A stretch of 52,738 nt of DNA from an uncultured delta proteobacterium (GCA_963733195.1 CAVTCR010000083.1:1-52738), one strand, 5' to 3'. Positions 22,083 to 32,626 are shown, numbered from the stretch's first letter. A program made the numbers and translations. Notes: generated by a model not told the origin, from the letters alone.

Positions 22083-23374
22083 ATGGAAAAAAAGCTTGCC
22101 ACACTTAAAGCGATATTACTTTTCGACTAGCCATTGTGGGAAGTCAGTCTCGACACTTGCCCATGCGGACGCGGTCGTCGATTGGAACAAAATCGCCATT
22201 GACTACCGTCAAAGCGGGCGGTCATCCTCTCATGGTCCAAGCGCTCGAAATCGCCATCGTGCACGCGGCCATCTATGACGCCGTGCAAGCCTTCACTGGG
22301 ACGCTACGCCCCTTACCATGTCACTATCCCCGGTGCGAGCGGCTCTCCCATCGCCGCCGTCGCCACGGCTGGCCACGATGTCTTGCTCGGCCTCTTCCCC
22401 ACCCAAGCTGCAACGTTAGCCACCAAATACAGTGACTACCTCGCCAGCCAGGGTCTCTTGGTCACTGACCCAGGAGTTGTGGTCGGCCAGCAAGCTGCCG
22501 CTGGTATTCTGGCCTTGCGAGCAAATGATGGCCGTTTTCCCTCTAATCCGCAGTGTCCGAGCTTTACCACGAGCACTGACCCTGGGGTTTGGCGCCCGAC
22601 CCCGTCGTTTCTGTCGGGCTACCACCATCCCTTGCGCCCCCCCTTGTTCCCTGGCTCGCATGTGTGACGCCCTTCACATTGGAAAGCCCTTCGCAGTTCC
22701 GCGCTGGTCCTCCCCCTACGCTGTCAAGTAAGCGCTACGCCAAGGACTACAACGAGGTCAAAGCTTTGGGTGCCCGCTTTAATAGCACCCGCACTCCAGA
22801 ACAGACCACCATCGGCTACTTCTGGGCCGATAACCCCGTCCCCGCTTGGAATCTGGTCGTACAGAGTCTCGCCCTTGCGTACGAGCTTGACCTCAGCGAC
22901 AGTGCCCGCCTCTTTGCTTTGATCAACTTCGCTGGCGCCGATGCCCAAATCACGGTGTGGGACACCAAGTATGCCTATGTCTTCTGGCGGCCAATCACGG
23001 CTATTCGGGAAGGGGATAGCGATGGTAACTCCAAGACGGTGAGTGATCCGACGTGGGAGCCGCTGATCAACACGCCCAACTTCCCGGAGTACACCTCCGG
23101 TCATGCTACCCATAGCGGCGCGGTGACCAAAATGCTGGCGCTGTTCTTTGGCACGGACAAAGTGAGCTTTACTGTCACCAGTGCCAACCCCAACCTCATG
23201 CCAACAGAGACAACGCGCACTTTTACCCGCTTCTCGGACGCGGAGGAGGAGGTGATCGAGGCACGTATCTATGCAGGGATTCACTTCCGAACCGCGGACG
23301 AGGTGGCGCAAGTGCAAGGGAAACGCGTCGCCAAGTGGGCCTTCAAACATTTCCTGCGACCAGCTGGTCGGTGA
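22083..23374 (+). CDS. Secreted vanadium-dependent haloperoxidase / PAP2-superfamily protein; frameshifted
   Basis: Signal-like start MEKKLATLKAILLF; DAVVDWN, HAAIYDAV, WDTKYAYVFWRPITAIR, PEYTSGHA, ARIYAGIHF. Confidence 0.82.
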
Positions 23375-23498
23375 ACGGTTGGGAGATTGGGCAAAAGTAC
23401 AACGTTGCCTAACACCACTCTGGGATCGTAGGGCGCGTAGGACACACCGACAAATGGCGCGGGTCACACGACCTGCGAGTGCTAAATGAGGAGGAGCT

Positions 23499-23691
23499 AT
23501 GCAATTCGCTTGGCGCAACAGGCGCAGTCGTAATACTTACGCTTTTAGGATTGGTGGGAACATCCTGTGTGGCGGGGCAACACCAGCTTCCCAGCCAGCG
23601 GCAGACTGTAGGTCCGACCTCGCCAGCGTCAACGGCCACTATGCCGACAAAAGTGCAAGCACGTTCTAGTCAGTTGCCGTTACATTTTCAG
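23499..23691 (+). pseudogene. Truncated remnant of a secreted-protein gene
   Basis: RBS GAGGAGG + ATG; hydrophobic leader VVILTLLGLVGTSC; similarity ends at ...QLPLHF, which recalls N-termini of SBBP-repeat-associated proteins (inference). Confidence 0.35.
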
Positions 23692-23801
23692 GTAAGGAGA
23701 CGCGTGCCGGGTCAGGACCACTGGCAAAGCAGTGATGTGTCGTGCAGGTCGCGACCGGAGGTGGTGCGCTTGCGAGTCGAGTAGCACGCGAGACGAAGAG
23801 C

Positions 23802-23826
23802 GTAGGGCGTGCACTGCGCACCCTAC
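23802..23826. repeat. GTAG REP-like palindrome just upstream of the intron insertion site
   Basis: GTAGGGCGTGCACTGCGCACCCTAC. Confidence 0.6.
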
Positions 23827-23853
23827 CATATCTTGGACTGAGGGCGGGCGTTA

Positions 23854-26207
23854 TTGCGACACGAGGTCACAAGTTGTACTGCTGAACGAAGGAACATTGA
23901 TTCAGCCATGGTGTCGTGCCACTTGTCTCTGCACGGCGGGGGCGTCACTGGTAACGGTGGGGTCTCAAGCACGTCGTCAACGTTGGAACGGCGAGTCGCA
24001 CGCCTGACCAACTGCGGGGAATGGTGGGTAAGGGTAACGGAAGTGAAGCCTCGGGATTACACATCGTGACGCGCGCGGAGCTTAAGCGACTCAACGGCTC
24101 CAGACCCAAAAGGGGAAGGGGAGCAGGTGCGGGCGATATTAACGGTCGCCTGCCGCACGTGTGGTCTCCCCCGGTGTACAGAGGCGCCCTGTCCCCACCC
24201 GTACAACTGGTGAAACGTGATAAGCCGGATTCACTCTGGAGGGCAGCACAACGTCGAAGTCTTTCCAGTCGCCCAACCGTAAGAGCGGGGAATGGTGGAG
24301 CCGGTAAAGGACGCGGGAGGAAGCGAAGGCTCGGCGGTAATCGTCGAGATAGGGGTTCCAACTTTGCCTACGCCGAAAGGCGGCAGACTTCCTGCGGGTG
24401 TGAGCGGACGGGAGCGAGGTAGTACACCGGTAAACCAAGGGTCAGTTTCTAATGAGTAGTCACGAACTACAAGCGGCCTTGGGTCGGACAAGAAGCAGGT
24501 GGCACGGGATCAACTGGGCGGCCTGTTATCGTCGGATACGGTCCCTGCAGCAGCGCATCGTCCAGGCGGTACAGGCAGGCGCGTGGCGCAAGGTCAAGCG
24601 TCTGACCTATCTGTTAGTGCACTCGTTTGCCGCGCGTGCCATAGCCGTCAAGCGAGTCACTGAGAATACGGGTAAGAAAACACCCGGAGTCGATGGCGAG
24701 GTGTGGAACACTCCGGACCAGAAAGCGCAGGCGATAGAACGGATCGGCCAGTGGCGGGGCTATCGCCCATTGCCCCTGCGCCGACTCTACATCCCCAAGA
24801 AGAATGGCCGCCAACGCCCCTTATCGATCCCTGCCATGTCCGACCGGGCACGACAGGCGGTGTACCTCCAGGCGTTACAGCCAAGTGCCGAAACCACGGT
24901 GGACCCCAATTCGTACGGGTTTCGGCCCAAGCGCCGGTGTGCGGATGCCATTGACCAGTGCTTTAAGGTGCTGCGGCAGCAAACCTCGGCGTCCTGGATC
25001 TTGGAAGGGGATATCGAAGGCTTTTTCGATAACATCAGCTTCTCCTGGCTTGAAACCCATATCCCGATGAACAAGCGGGTGCTGGGCAGCTGGCTCAGAA
25101 GCGGATATAGCGAACGGGGGCAACTGTTTCCCACCACGAGTGGTGTTCCTCAAGGGGGTCTGTGTTCGCCCGTGATCAGCAATATGGTGTTGGACGGCCT
25201 TGAAGCGGTAGTCCACGGGAGTCCGGGACAGCGTCGCAAGCACCATCTCCATTATATTCGCTGGGCCGATGACTTCATCGTCACCGCCAGTTCACGGGAG
25301 GTTTTGGAACACACCGTGCGGCCACGCATTGAGACCTTTCTCGCCGAGCGTGGCGTACGGCTCTCACCGACCAAGACCCGGATTACCCCCCTGACAGCAG
25401 GGGTTGAGTTCTTGGGACAAACGATCCGCAAGTTCGCCCGGCCACACGGCAAGCCCGCCAAGCTGCAGATCACACCGAGCAAGGCGAGCCTCCAAGCCGT
25501 GAAAGCCAAGATCAAAGCCCTCTGTCACCACGCGCGCACGCCGATGGAACTCATCGATACCTTGAATCCTGTCCTCCGAGGCTGGGCGAATTATCATCGC
25601 CATGTGATCTGTAGCAGCACGTTTGCCCGCCTCGACTCCTTTGTCTGGCACCGCACCTATCGATGGGCCAACCGACGACATGCGAACAAGACCGGGCGCT
25701 GGATCACCGACCGCTACTTTCCCCATCAACCGGGGAAAGCCTGGCGGTTTACGGATCCTCGCACCGGGCGCCAACTCCTACGGGTGCAACGGACGATTAT
25801 GCCTCAGCGTCATCTCAAGGTCAGAGCGACCGCTAATCCCTTTGATCCTGCCTGGGCGGCGTACTTTGAACACCGGGACCGCCAAATGGCGCAGCAGGCC
25901 GCGTCCCCGTTTCGTGCTACAGTCCTGCGACAGCAACAAGGGCTCTGCCCCAACTGTCGCCAGGGCATTCAAGAGGAGGATGCTCTCGACCTCCATCATC
26001 GCGATGGCAACCACTTGAACAACCACCTGTCCAATCTGCTATTCTTACACCCGAATTGCCATCGGCAACACCATTATGCACCAGATACGGAAACTGTCTC
26101 GTCGCGTTCCCGTGGGAGCGTGGCTCATGCTTGAGCGCAGTGCGGTGAAAGTCGCACGCTGCGTTCTGAGGGGGGAAAGGAGCTGCGAAGCTCCTGACCT
26201 ACCCGGC
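23854..26207 (+). mobile_element. Full-length group II intron (IIB / chloroplast-like class)
   Basis: 5' end TTGCGACACG. EBS1 stem-loop gcgggcgat-ATTAACG-gtcgcctgc (24129-24153) pairs with the exon end CGTTA. Domain V GAGCGCAGTGCGGTGAAAGTCGCACGCTGCGTTC (26133-26166, AGC triad). Domain VI has a bulged A at 26201. Confidence 0.85.
24452..26134 (+). CDS. ltrA: Group II intron reverse transcriptase/maturase with C-terminal HNH endonuclease
   Basis: RVT_N (W..INW...LQQRI), GKKTPGVDG, RPLSIP, SYGFRP, EGDIEGFFD, GVPQGG, RWADDF, LNPVLRGWANY, CPNC...HH...N...HPNCH. Confidence 0.95.
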   Translation: MSSHELQAALGRTRSRWHGINWAACYRRIRSLQQRIVQAVQAGAWRKVKRLTYLLVHSFAARAIAVKRVTENTGKKTPGVDGEVWNTPDQKAQAIERIGQWRGYRPLPLRRLYIPKKNGRQRPLSIPAMSDRARQAVYLQALQPSAETTVDPNSYGFRPKRRCADAIDQCFKVLRQQTSASWILEGDIEGFFDNISFSWLETHIPMNKRVLGSWLRSGYSERGQLFPTTSGVPQGGLCSPVISNMVLDGLEAVVHGSPGQRRKHHLHYIRWADDFIVTASSREVLEHTVRPRIETFLAERGVRLSPTKTRITPLTAGVEFLGQTIRKFARPHGKPAKLQITPSKASLQAVKAKIKALCHHARTPMELIDTLNPVLRGWANYHRHVICSSTFARLDSFVWHRTYRWANRRHANKTGRWITDRYFPHQPGKAWRFTDPRTGRQLLRVQRTIMPQRHLKVRATANPFDPAWAAYFEHRDRQMAQQAASPFRATVLRQQQGLCPNCRQGIQEEDALDLHHRDGNHLNNHLSNLLFLHPNCHRQHHYAPDTETVSSRSRGSVAHA

Positions 26208-26325
26208 GGCCGACGAACCGTTAATCCATAGCAAGGAGGGAAAAGATGACGAAGAGGCTGAGTAGTTTACTGTTAGGCTCTCGAACAGGGGTGGCCGTTA
26301 CTCTCATCTCAAATAGGAGGTTCCT

Positions 26326-27648
26326 ATGAATACGAAGCAGCTTGCCAAATTGTTCGCTTTTACTCTAATCATGCTCACTAACGGAACAACGTTGGCTCAG
26401 GGGGGTAATACTGACCTGGGAACAACGCAGGAGAGCCTGTCATCTTCGGGTCAGGTCGTGCGTAAATGGAACGAGATCTGCCGCGCGCAGGTCTCCGTCG
26501 TTAACAACAACGTGCGCAACGCGCGGCAGCTCGCCATCATGCATACCGCTATGCACGATGCCGTGAATGGCGTCGAAGCACGATACGAGCGCCATCTCTC
26601 AACCCTCTCGGATCTGAGTGCCGACGCCGAAGCCGCGGCGGCAGCGGCCGCGCACAAGGTGCTGGTAAACTTCTTCCCGGCCAACCAGGCGGCCTTGGAT
26701 ATGGAGCTCGCGAACTCGCTGTCGACGATTCCGGACGGACCGGCGAAGACGGCGGGGGTTGCGCTCGGCGCGGCGATCGGACAGGAAGCGTTCGACGCGC
26801 GCATTAACGACGGCTTTAGCTCCGTCGATCCGTTCGTGCCCCTCGTCGGCCCTGGGTTCTGGCAGCCGACCCCTCCAGCTTTCGCTCCGATGATCGAGCC
26901 GCAGTTCCAGAACGTCACGCCCTTCGGGGTCGAAAGCCGCGATCAGTTCGAGGTCAAAACAAAGAAAGCACTGAGCCTGACGCACGCGCAGTACACGGCA
27001 GAGTTCAACGAGGTGAAAGAGATCGGCCGGATCGACAGCGCCACGCGCACGGCCGACCAGACGCACTACGCCCACTTTTGGTACGAGGGTTCGCAGCAGG
27101 GCTGGAGCAGGATCGCGAACATCATCTCGATCAACGAGAACTACGATCTACATGAAACCGCACGGCTGCTGGCGTTGGTGAGCATGTCCATGTGCGACGG
27201 CTTCATCTCCGGCTGGTACTGGAAGCGCGTCCACGCGTTCTGGCGTCCGGTCACCGCGATCCGCGAAGCCGACACCGATGGCAACCCGAACACGATCAAA
27301 GACTCGGCCTGGGACTCACTGCGGCCGGCCCCTCCCGTGCAGGACTACCCGTCGACCCACAGCGTCCTGGGCGCTGCTGCCGCCGAGGTCATGAGGCGGT
27401 TCAGCGGAACCGACAAACACGAATTCTGCTTCGTGTCGCTCACGTCGACGCCAGCCGGCTCTGAGCGCTGCTTCGACAGATTGTCGCAAGCCCGCGACGA
27501 GAACGCCGACTCGCGCGTGGTGGTCGGCATCCACTTCCGAACCGCTGTCGAAGAGGGGGTCAGGCTCGGCCAAAAGATCGGCAAGTACACCATCAAGCAC
27601 AACCTCAGAGCGTTGAAAGGCCACAAGGGCGACTCCGACTTCGACTAA
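26326..27648 (+). CDS. Secreted vanadium-dependent haloperoxidase / PAP2-superfamily protein
   Basis: Signal peptide; HTAMHDAVN, WYWKRVHAFWRPVTAIR, DYPSTHS, SRVVVGIHF; RBS aggagg. Confidence 0.88.
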   Translation: MNTKQLAKLFAFTLIMLTNGTTLAQGGNTDLGTTQESLSSSGQVVRKWNEICRAQVSVVNNNVRNARQLAIMHTAMHDAVNGVEARYERHLSTLSDLSADAEAAAAAAAHKVLVNFFPANQAALDMELANSLSTIPDGPAKTAGVALGAAIGQEAFDARINDGFSSVDPFVPLVGPGFWQPTPPAFAPMIEPQFQNVTPFGVESRDQFEVKTKKALSLTHAQYTAEFNEVKEIGRIDSATRTADQTHYAHFWYEGSQQGWSRIANIISINENYDLHETARLLALVSMSMCDGFISGWYWKRVHAFWRPVTAIREADTDGNPNTIKDSAWDSLRPAPPVQDYPSTHSVLGAAAAEVMRRFSGTDKHEFCFVSLTSTPAGSERCFDRLSQARDENADSRVVVGIHFRTAVEEGVRLGQKIGKYTIKHNLRALKGHKGDSDFD

Positions 27649-27677
27649 TGTATCTATTTTCTCTCCTCGGGGGGTTT

Positions 27678-27781
27678 CTCAATCGAGCCACAAAAGATTG
27701 GGGCACATTGTAGGGGCGAATCTTGTGATCGCCCACCGGCAGGCTACGCCCAGCAGGGCGAAACACAAGATTCGCCTCTAC
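27678..27781. repeat. Partial MITE end followed by an inverted GTAG REP doublet
   Basis: ctcaatcgagccacaaaagattggggcaca (matches the end at 28407), then GTAGGGGCGAATCTTGTGATCGCCC ... GGGCGAAACACAAGATTCGCCTCTAC. Confidence 0.65.
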
Positions 27782-28105
27782 CCACTGCCGTTCGTTTTCT
27801 GCTTGATTTCTGTAATCAGCGTCTTGAGATCCACAAAGCGTACAGCCGCAAGGTCTTCAACTTCACGGGTAAAGGGTCGATCGACGTCCGCAGTGAGAAT
27901 TGGCGCAGTGAGAATTGGGGTCAAGTCTTTACTTTAACAGCTAGTCACTAATTGTTTTACATAACGGCTTGTAGATCTGTGCTTTTTCTCTTGACGGACC
28001 ACCACACGTAGACAAGTGAGAGGCATCGTTCTCATTCTTCTTTGGGTCTCAGCCTCAGGCAGTCGCACTTGCTTGCATGCCAACGACAGTAAAGCGAGTG
28101 CCGAT

Positions 28106-28392
28106 TTATGCCGCCTGATTTTCTTGTACGCGCTCAATCAGCCACATTCTCACCAGCGTACTGAGGGGAGGCATTTCTGTTCCGCGACTTGTTTGAGTTG
28201 GGTAAGCAGCGCTTTCTCGACGCGAAAGCTTAACTTTGCAGTCTTTCGTGGATACTGCTTCACCCCGACTCCTTCCAAATGGCCTGCGGCAAGCAGCTCT
28301 TGAGTGGAGTACTGCTCATAATAACGAGCCTTGGCTTCGTACGTCGTGCGGGATGGCAAAGGGGGAATGGAATACTTTTCCTTCCGTGTCAT
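28106..28392 (-). CDS. Orphan CopG/RHH-type antitoxin-like protein; frameshift near 28165
   Basis: ...KLSFRVEKALLTQLKQVAEQK, continuing in a shifted frame as LSTLVRMWLIERV...*. Confidence 0.6.
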
Positions 28393-28406
28393 GATCTTAT
28401 CGTACC

Positions 28407-28555
28407 CTAAATCAGACCACAAAAGATTGGCACACAGGGTCTGTCACCCTGAGTGCAACGAAGGGTACTCTTAGAGAGATTCTTCGCTCTGCTCAGAATG
28501 ACACGAGTGAGGGGCCACGTGGTGAAGTGTACGAATGTCATGTGGTTCGATTTAG
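28407..28555. mobile_element. MITE-like element with terminal inverted repeats and palindromic cargo
   Basis: CTAAATCAGACCACA ... TGTGGTTCGATTTAG; internal TGTCACCCTGAGTGCAACGAAG...CTTCGCTCTGCTCAGAATGACA; sister copy at 43519-43654. Confidence 0.65.
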
Positions 28556-28561
28556 CCCTGC

Positions 28562-29608
28562 TTAGCGAAATTTCGGCATCACTTTCTCAGCAAACCGGCG
28601 CAGCGAAGCCCAGACTTCTTCTCGTGGTAATCCACCAAGGTCGGTGTAGACCCAATAATGGGTGTTACCGACTGCCTCTTTTGCTTGCGCCACACGATCG
28701 ATACATTCTTCCGCGTCACCACAGATCGCCAGCGTCTGCCGAGCGCGGTCGAAGTCGACGTGTTCTAAGAACGATTTGACCCCAGCAAAGGCTTTGAACT
28801 GTTTTGCTTGCTGGTAGTCCTTCTCTTCGACCAAGGTGGAAACAAAGTGGAAATAGCGCAAGTAGTGTTTTGCCCACACGTCCTTCGCTTGTGCAGAGGA
28901 TGTTCCCACATAGCAATGATTACCAGTAGAAATGGAGACCTGCGACGGGTCGTATCCAGCTTCTTGCAAGCGCTCGCGGTAGAGTTTGACAAACGGGGTA
29001 AAGGTCTGGATAGGTGCGAACACCGAAGCCAACAGAATGTTATAACCGTGCGCACCCGCAAGCTCGTAGGACTCAGGCGTTGGTCCGGCCCCAATCCAAA
29101 TTGGCGGTCTAGGCCGTTGCACTGGGCGAGGCAACACCGACAGATTCGGCAGCCGCCGGTATCGGCCTTCGTAAGACAAGGAATCTTGGGACCACGCTTT
29201 ATCAATAATCTCGATGCCTTCGGCAAAACGTTCCCGGCTGTCATCCATAGAGCGCTCGAAGCCATCGTAACTGGTCTTCTGGAATCCACGGCTGACACCA
29301 AAGTCCAGACGCCCATTACTCAGCACATCGACCATCGCATAGTCTTCAGCCAGACGAACAGGATCATGCAATGGCAGCAAAGCCACCGCAGTGCCGAGAC
29401 GAAGCCGCGTCGTCCGCTGGGCGACCGCAGCAGCAAACACCTGCGGCGATGGACACAGATAGTTACAGAAATGATGCTCGCCCATCCACACCGAGTCAAA
29501 GCCAAGTTCTTCAGCGTAGGCGATTTCATCAAGCAGGAAGCGATAATACTCCTGGGGTGAACAATCCTCTGGGTAGTAGTCAAACAGCGTGAGCAGACCA
29601 AAATTCAT
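28562..29608 (-). CDS. LLM-class flavin-dependent oxidoreductase
   Basis: AEELGFDSVWMGEHHF, DPVRLAEDYAMVDVLSNGRLDFG, FAEKVMPKF. Confidence 0.92.
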   Translation of the reverse strand: MNFGLLTLFDYYPEDCSPQEYYRFLLDEIAYAEELGFDSVWMGEHHFCNYLCPSPQVFAAAVAQRTTRLRLGTAVALLPLHDPVRLAEDYAMVDVLSNGRLDFGVSRGFQKTSYDGFERSMDDSRERFAEGIEIIDKAWSQDSLSYEGRYRRLPNLSVLPRPVQRPRPPIWIGAGPTPESYELAGAHGYNILLASVFAPIQTFTPFVKLYRERLQEAGYDPSQVSISTGNHCYVGTSSAQAKDVWAKHYLRYFHFVSTLVEEKDYQQAKQFKAFAGVKSFLEHVDFDRARQTLAICGDAEECIDRVAQAKEAVGNTHYWVYTDLGGLPREEVWASLRRFAEKVMPKFR

Positions 29609-29633
29609 ACAGTCGCTCCTCCGAACAAAGATA

Positions 29634-29673
29634 CTCAGCCCCTAGAGCGAATTGGGAAGTTTGTCAAGGAAAG
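29634..29673 (-). promoter_or_regulatory. Putative promoter block, duplicate of 17002-17041
   Basis: TTGACA-N17-TAGGGG on the minus strand, about 25 bp upstream of the LLM gene start. Confidence 0.55.
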
Positions 29674-29715
29674 GGAGGCCAGGATAAGGCCATAGGCCGT
29701 TCCCGGCGTAGTGGA

Positions 29716-31249
29716 CTATCCCTTTTTCCACCGCAGCACCGGATGGCGCGCGGCGCGGGTTTCATCGAGACGGCTGACGGGAGTCAGTAACGGTGCGTTT
29801 TTGAGTGCGTCGGGGTTGTCTTTGATTTCTTGCGCAATCGCGAGCAGTGCATCAGCAAATTCATCAAGCGTTTCTTTGCTCTCGGTTTCGGTCGGCTCGA
29901 TCATCAGCGCACCACTCACAACTAGTGGAAAGTAAATCGTCGGTGCATAGAAGCCATAATCCAGCAGGCGTTTCGCAATGTCGAGGGTTTTGACGCCCGA
30001 TGCGGAAAACGAGTGATCGGAGAACACACATTCGTGCATACTCGGCGTTTCTTCAGCAATATCGTATGCGTGCTCTAAGCGTTTGCGCAGGTAATTCGCA
30101 TTGAGCACGGCCATCTGGGTGGCCTGCGAGAGTCCATCGCTTCCCATCGCCAGGATGTACGCATAGGCACGCACGAGAACACCAAAGTTGCCATAAAAGG
30201 AACGAACTTTCCCAATCGAACGAGGAAAAGCGTCGCTCCAACGATACTGTCCGTTTTCGTTGACAACGCGCGGCACTGGCAGGTAAGGCTCAAGAATTTT
30301 CTTCACCCCAACCGGCCCTGCTCCCGGTCCTCCACCACCGTGCGGTGTGGAAAACGTCTTGTGTAGATTGAACTGAATAACATCCGCTCCCATATGACCA
30401 GGTTTCGCCACACCCATTAACGCGTTCAGATTAGCACCATCCATATAGACCAACGCGCCACGCGCATGCAGCACTTCGGTGATCTGGACAATCTCACGTT
30501 CGAACAGTCCTAGTGTATTGGGATTCGTCACCATCAGTGCAGCAACTTCATCGTCAACGAACTTTGCGACGGTCACGGCTTCAAGCATGCCACCCGCACC
30601 AGTAGGGACTTCAGTGACGGCATAGCCACACAATGCGGCTGAAGCTGGATTAGTGCCATGTGCACTACCAGGAATCAGGACTTTCTTGCGTTGACGTCCC
30701 TGCTCTTGATGATGGGCACGAATGAGCTTCATTCCCGTGAGTTCGCCCTGCGCTCCAGCGGCAGGTTGCAAACTCACGGCATCCATCCCGCTTATCTCGG
30801 CCAGTCGCCGTTCGAGGTCATAGAGCAACGCCAAAGCTCCCTGCGCATACTCGTCGGGGACTAGGGGATGAAGCTGGGCCATTCCTGGGAACCGAACGAC
30901 CAGTTCGTTCACGATCGGGTTGTACTTCATCGTACAAGAGCCTAAGAGGATACAATGTCGTCGCCGCACTCAGATTCCACTGCGACAGGCGTGTAAAATG
31001 ACGGACGACTTCGACTTCGCTAACTTCGGGAAAGCCGTCCAGAGCCTCTCGACACAAGTCGGCAGGAACATCGAGGGCAAGTTCACCTGCTGGTAGATCA
31101 TCTTCCGGTAAAGAGTAGCCTATCCGTCCTGGCGAACTGCGTTCGAAGATGAGCGACTCATCAAGAAGGATGCGCTTACGCTGAGGGCCAGGGGCCAGGG
31201 GTCAGGGGTCAGTCGATGCAGCTGGTACAGCTTCGTTTTGTCTCGCCAT
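29716..31249 (-). CDS. gcvPB: Glycine dehydrogenase subunit 2; frameshifts near 31200 and 30945
   Basis: LIFERS.PG, EVVRHFTRLSQWN, GSCTMKYNP, SAHGTNPASA, NLHKTFSTPHGGGGPG. Confidence 0.92.
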
Positions 31250-31273
31250 ATTTCTTTCCTGTCTTTACAACCC

Positions 31274-32623
31274 CTAACCCCTAGCACCTAACCCCTGCCC
31301 TAGCCGTTCAATGTCCTGCCGCGTATGCACCTCCGTCACACACAGAAGCAAGCTATCCTTTAGTTCCGGATACCAGTCCTCGAGCAACAGCCCAGCAATG
31401 AGCCCTTGCTCCTTCAGTCGCTGCCACACGGTTCGAGCGCTTGGTACAGTCAAGACAAATTCGTTAAAGAACGGCGCAGAAAAGCGTTGGTGGCAGGTGT
31501 TGTTTTGTAGCAACAGATCTCGCGTGTAGTGGCTTTTCTTCACATTACGTTCGGCAAGCTCACGCAATCCCTGTTTCCCCATCGTGCAGAGGAACACCGT
31601 TGCCGCGAGGGCGCAGAGCCCTTGGTTGGTACAGATGTTCGAGGTGGCTTTTTCGCGGCGAATATGTTGCTCGCGGGTCGAGAGGGTCAGCACAAACCCA
31701 CGTCGTCCATCATGATCGACTGTTTCTCCGGCTAATCGACCAGGCATACTGCGCAAAAACCGCTCGCGGCAGGCGAAGAGTCCAACACCAGGACCACCGT
31801 ACGACACAGGGATACCAAAGCTCTGCCCTTCTGCTACCGCAATATCTGCACCAAGCTCACCAGGAGGTTTCAACAACCCTAAGGCCAGTGCTTCAGTCGT
31901 CGCTGTCACAGCTAGTGCACCAGCGTTATGAGCCGCTTCACTGACGCAAGCAACGTCCTCAATCACACCAAAAACGTTAGGATAGCCGACGACGACACAG
32001 GCAACCGTATCATCAAGACACTGGACTAGTTTTGCCGTATCGATGCGACCGTCTTCTCCCCACGGCAGTTCAATGATCCGTACCCCTGGAACGCCTTCAA
32101 GGTAGGTCTGAATCACTTGGCGATATTGTGGGTGCAACGAACGCGCGACCAAGACGGTCGCGCGCTGGGGCAAAATGCGTTTCGCCATCAACACTGCTTC
32201 TGCGGTTGCCGACGCACCATCATACATACTGGCGTTTGCAACATCTAAACCGAACAACGTCGCAACCAACGACTGAAACTCGAAAATCGTTTGCAGAGTG
32301 CCCTGACTCACCTCGGGTTGATAGGGCGTATAGGCCGTCGCAAACTCAGAGCGCTGGATAATCTGATCCACCACCACCGGAACGAAGTGAGGGTAAGCAC
32401 CAGCTCCAAGGAACGCCACGGTATCAGGACCAACACGGTTGGCCGCCGCGAGTTCAGCGAGGCGAGAACGCACTCCAGCTTCAGATAACCCTGGGGGCAA
32501 ACCGATTGCCGCTTGCGAACGCAGTGTTTCTGGCAAATGAGCAAATAGCTGAGCGAGCGATCCAGCTCCGATGGTCGCAAGCATAGACGCAATGTCACTA
32601 TCAGTATGTGGGATATAACGCAT
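31274..32623 (-). CDS. gcvPA: Glycine dehydrogenase subunit 1
   Basis: MRYIPHT, TAYTPYQPEVSQG, NASMYDGA, REQHIRREKATSNICTNQ. Confidence 0.95.
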   Translation of the reverse strand: MRYIPHTDSDIASMLATIGAGSLAQLFAHLPETLRSQAAIGLPPGLSEAGVRSRLAELAAANRVGPDTVAFLGAGAYPHFVPVVVDQIIQRSEFATAYTPYQPEVSQGTLQTIFEFQSLVATLFGLDVANASMYDGASATAEAVLMAKRILPQRATVLVARSLHPQYRQVIQTYLEGVPGVRIIELPWGEDGRIDTAKLVQCLDDTVACVVVGYPNVFGVIEDVACVSEAAHNAGALAVTATTEALALGLLKPPGELGADIAVAEGQSFGIPVSYGGPGVGLFACRERFLRSMPGRLAGETVDHDGRRGFVLTLSTREQHIRREKATSNICTNQGLCALAATVFLCTMGKQGLRELAERNVKKSHYTRDLLLQNNTCHQRFSAPFFNEFVLTVPSARTVWQRLKEQGLIAGLLLEDWYPELKDSLLLCVTEVHTRQDIERLGQGLGARG

Positions 32624-32626
32624 AGG

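Noticed and set aside
23764-23853. GTGCG at 23764 as the intron 5' end
   Set aside because: The EBS1 loop pairs with the sequence before 23854, and a REP lies between the two candidates.
23407-23853. A complete attC formed by GCCTAAC (23407) and the intron target
   Set aside because: The arms are about 440 bp apart, far longer than attC sites, and the L boxes pair poorly.
24452-26134. RT as a retron, DGR or CRISPR-associated RT
   Set aside because: It has a maturase domain, HNH and RNA domains V/VI. The 76-bp repeat differences are not confined to adenines on one strand, and the repeats are far from the RT.
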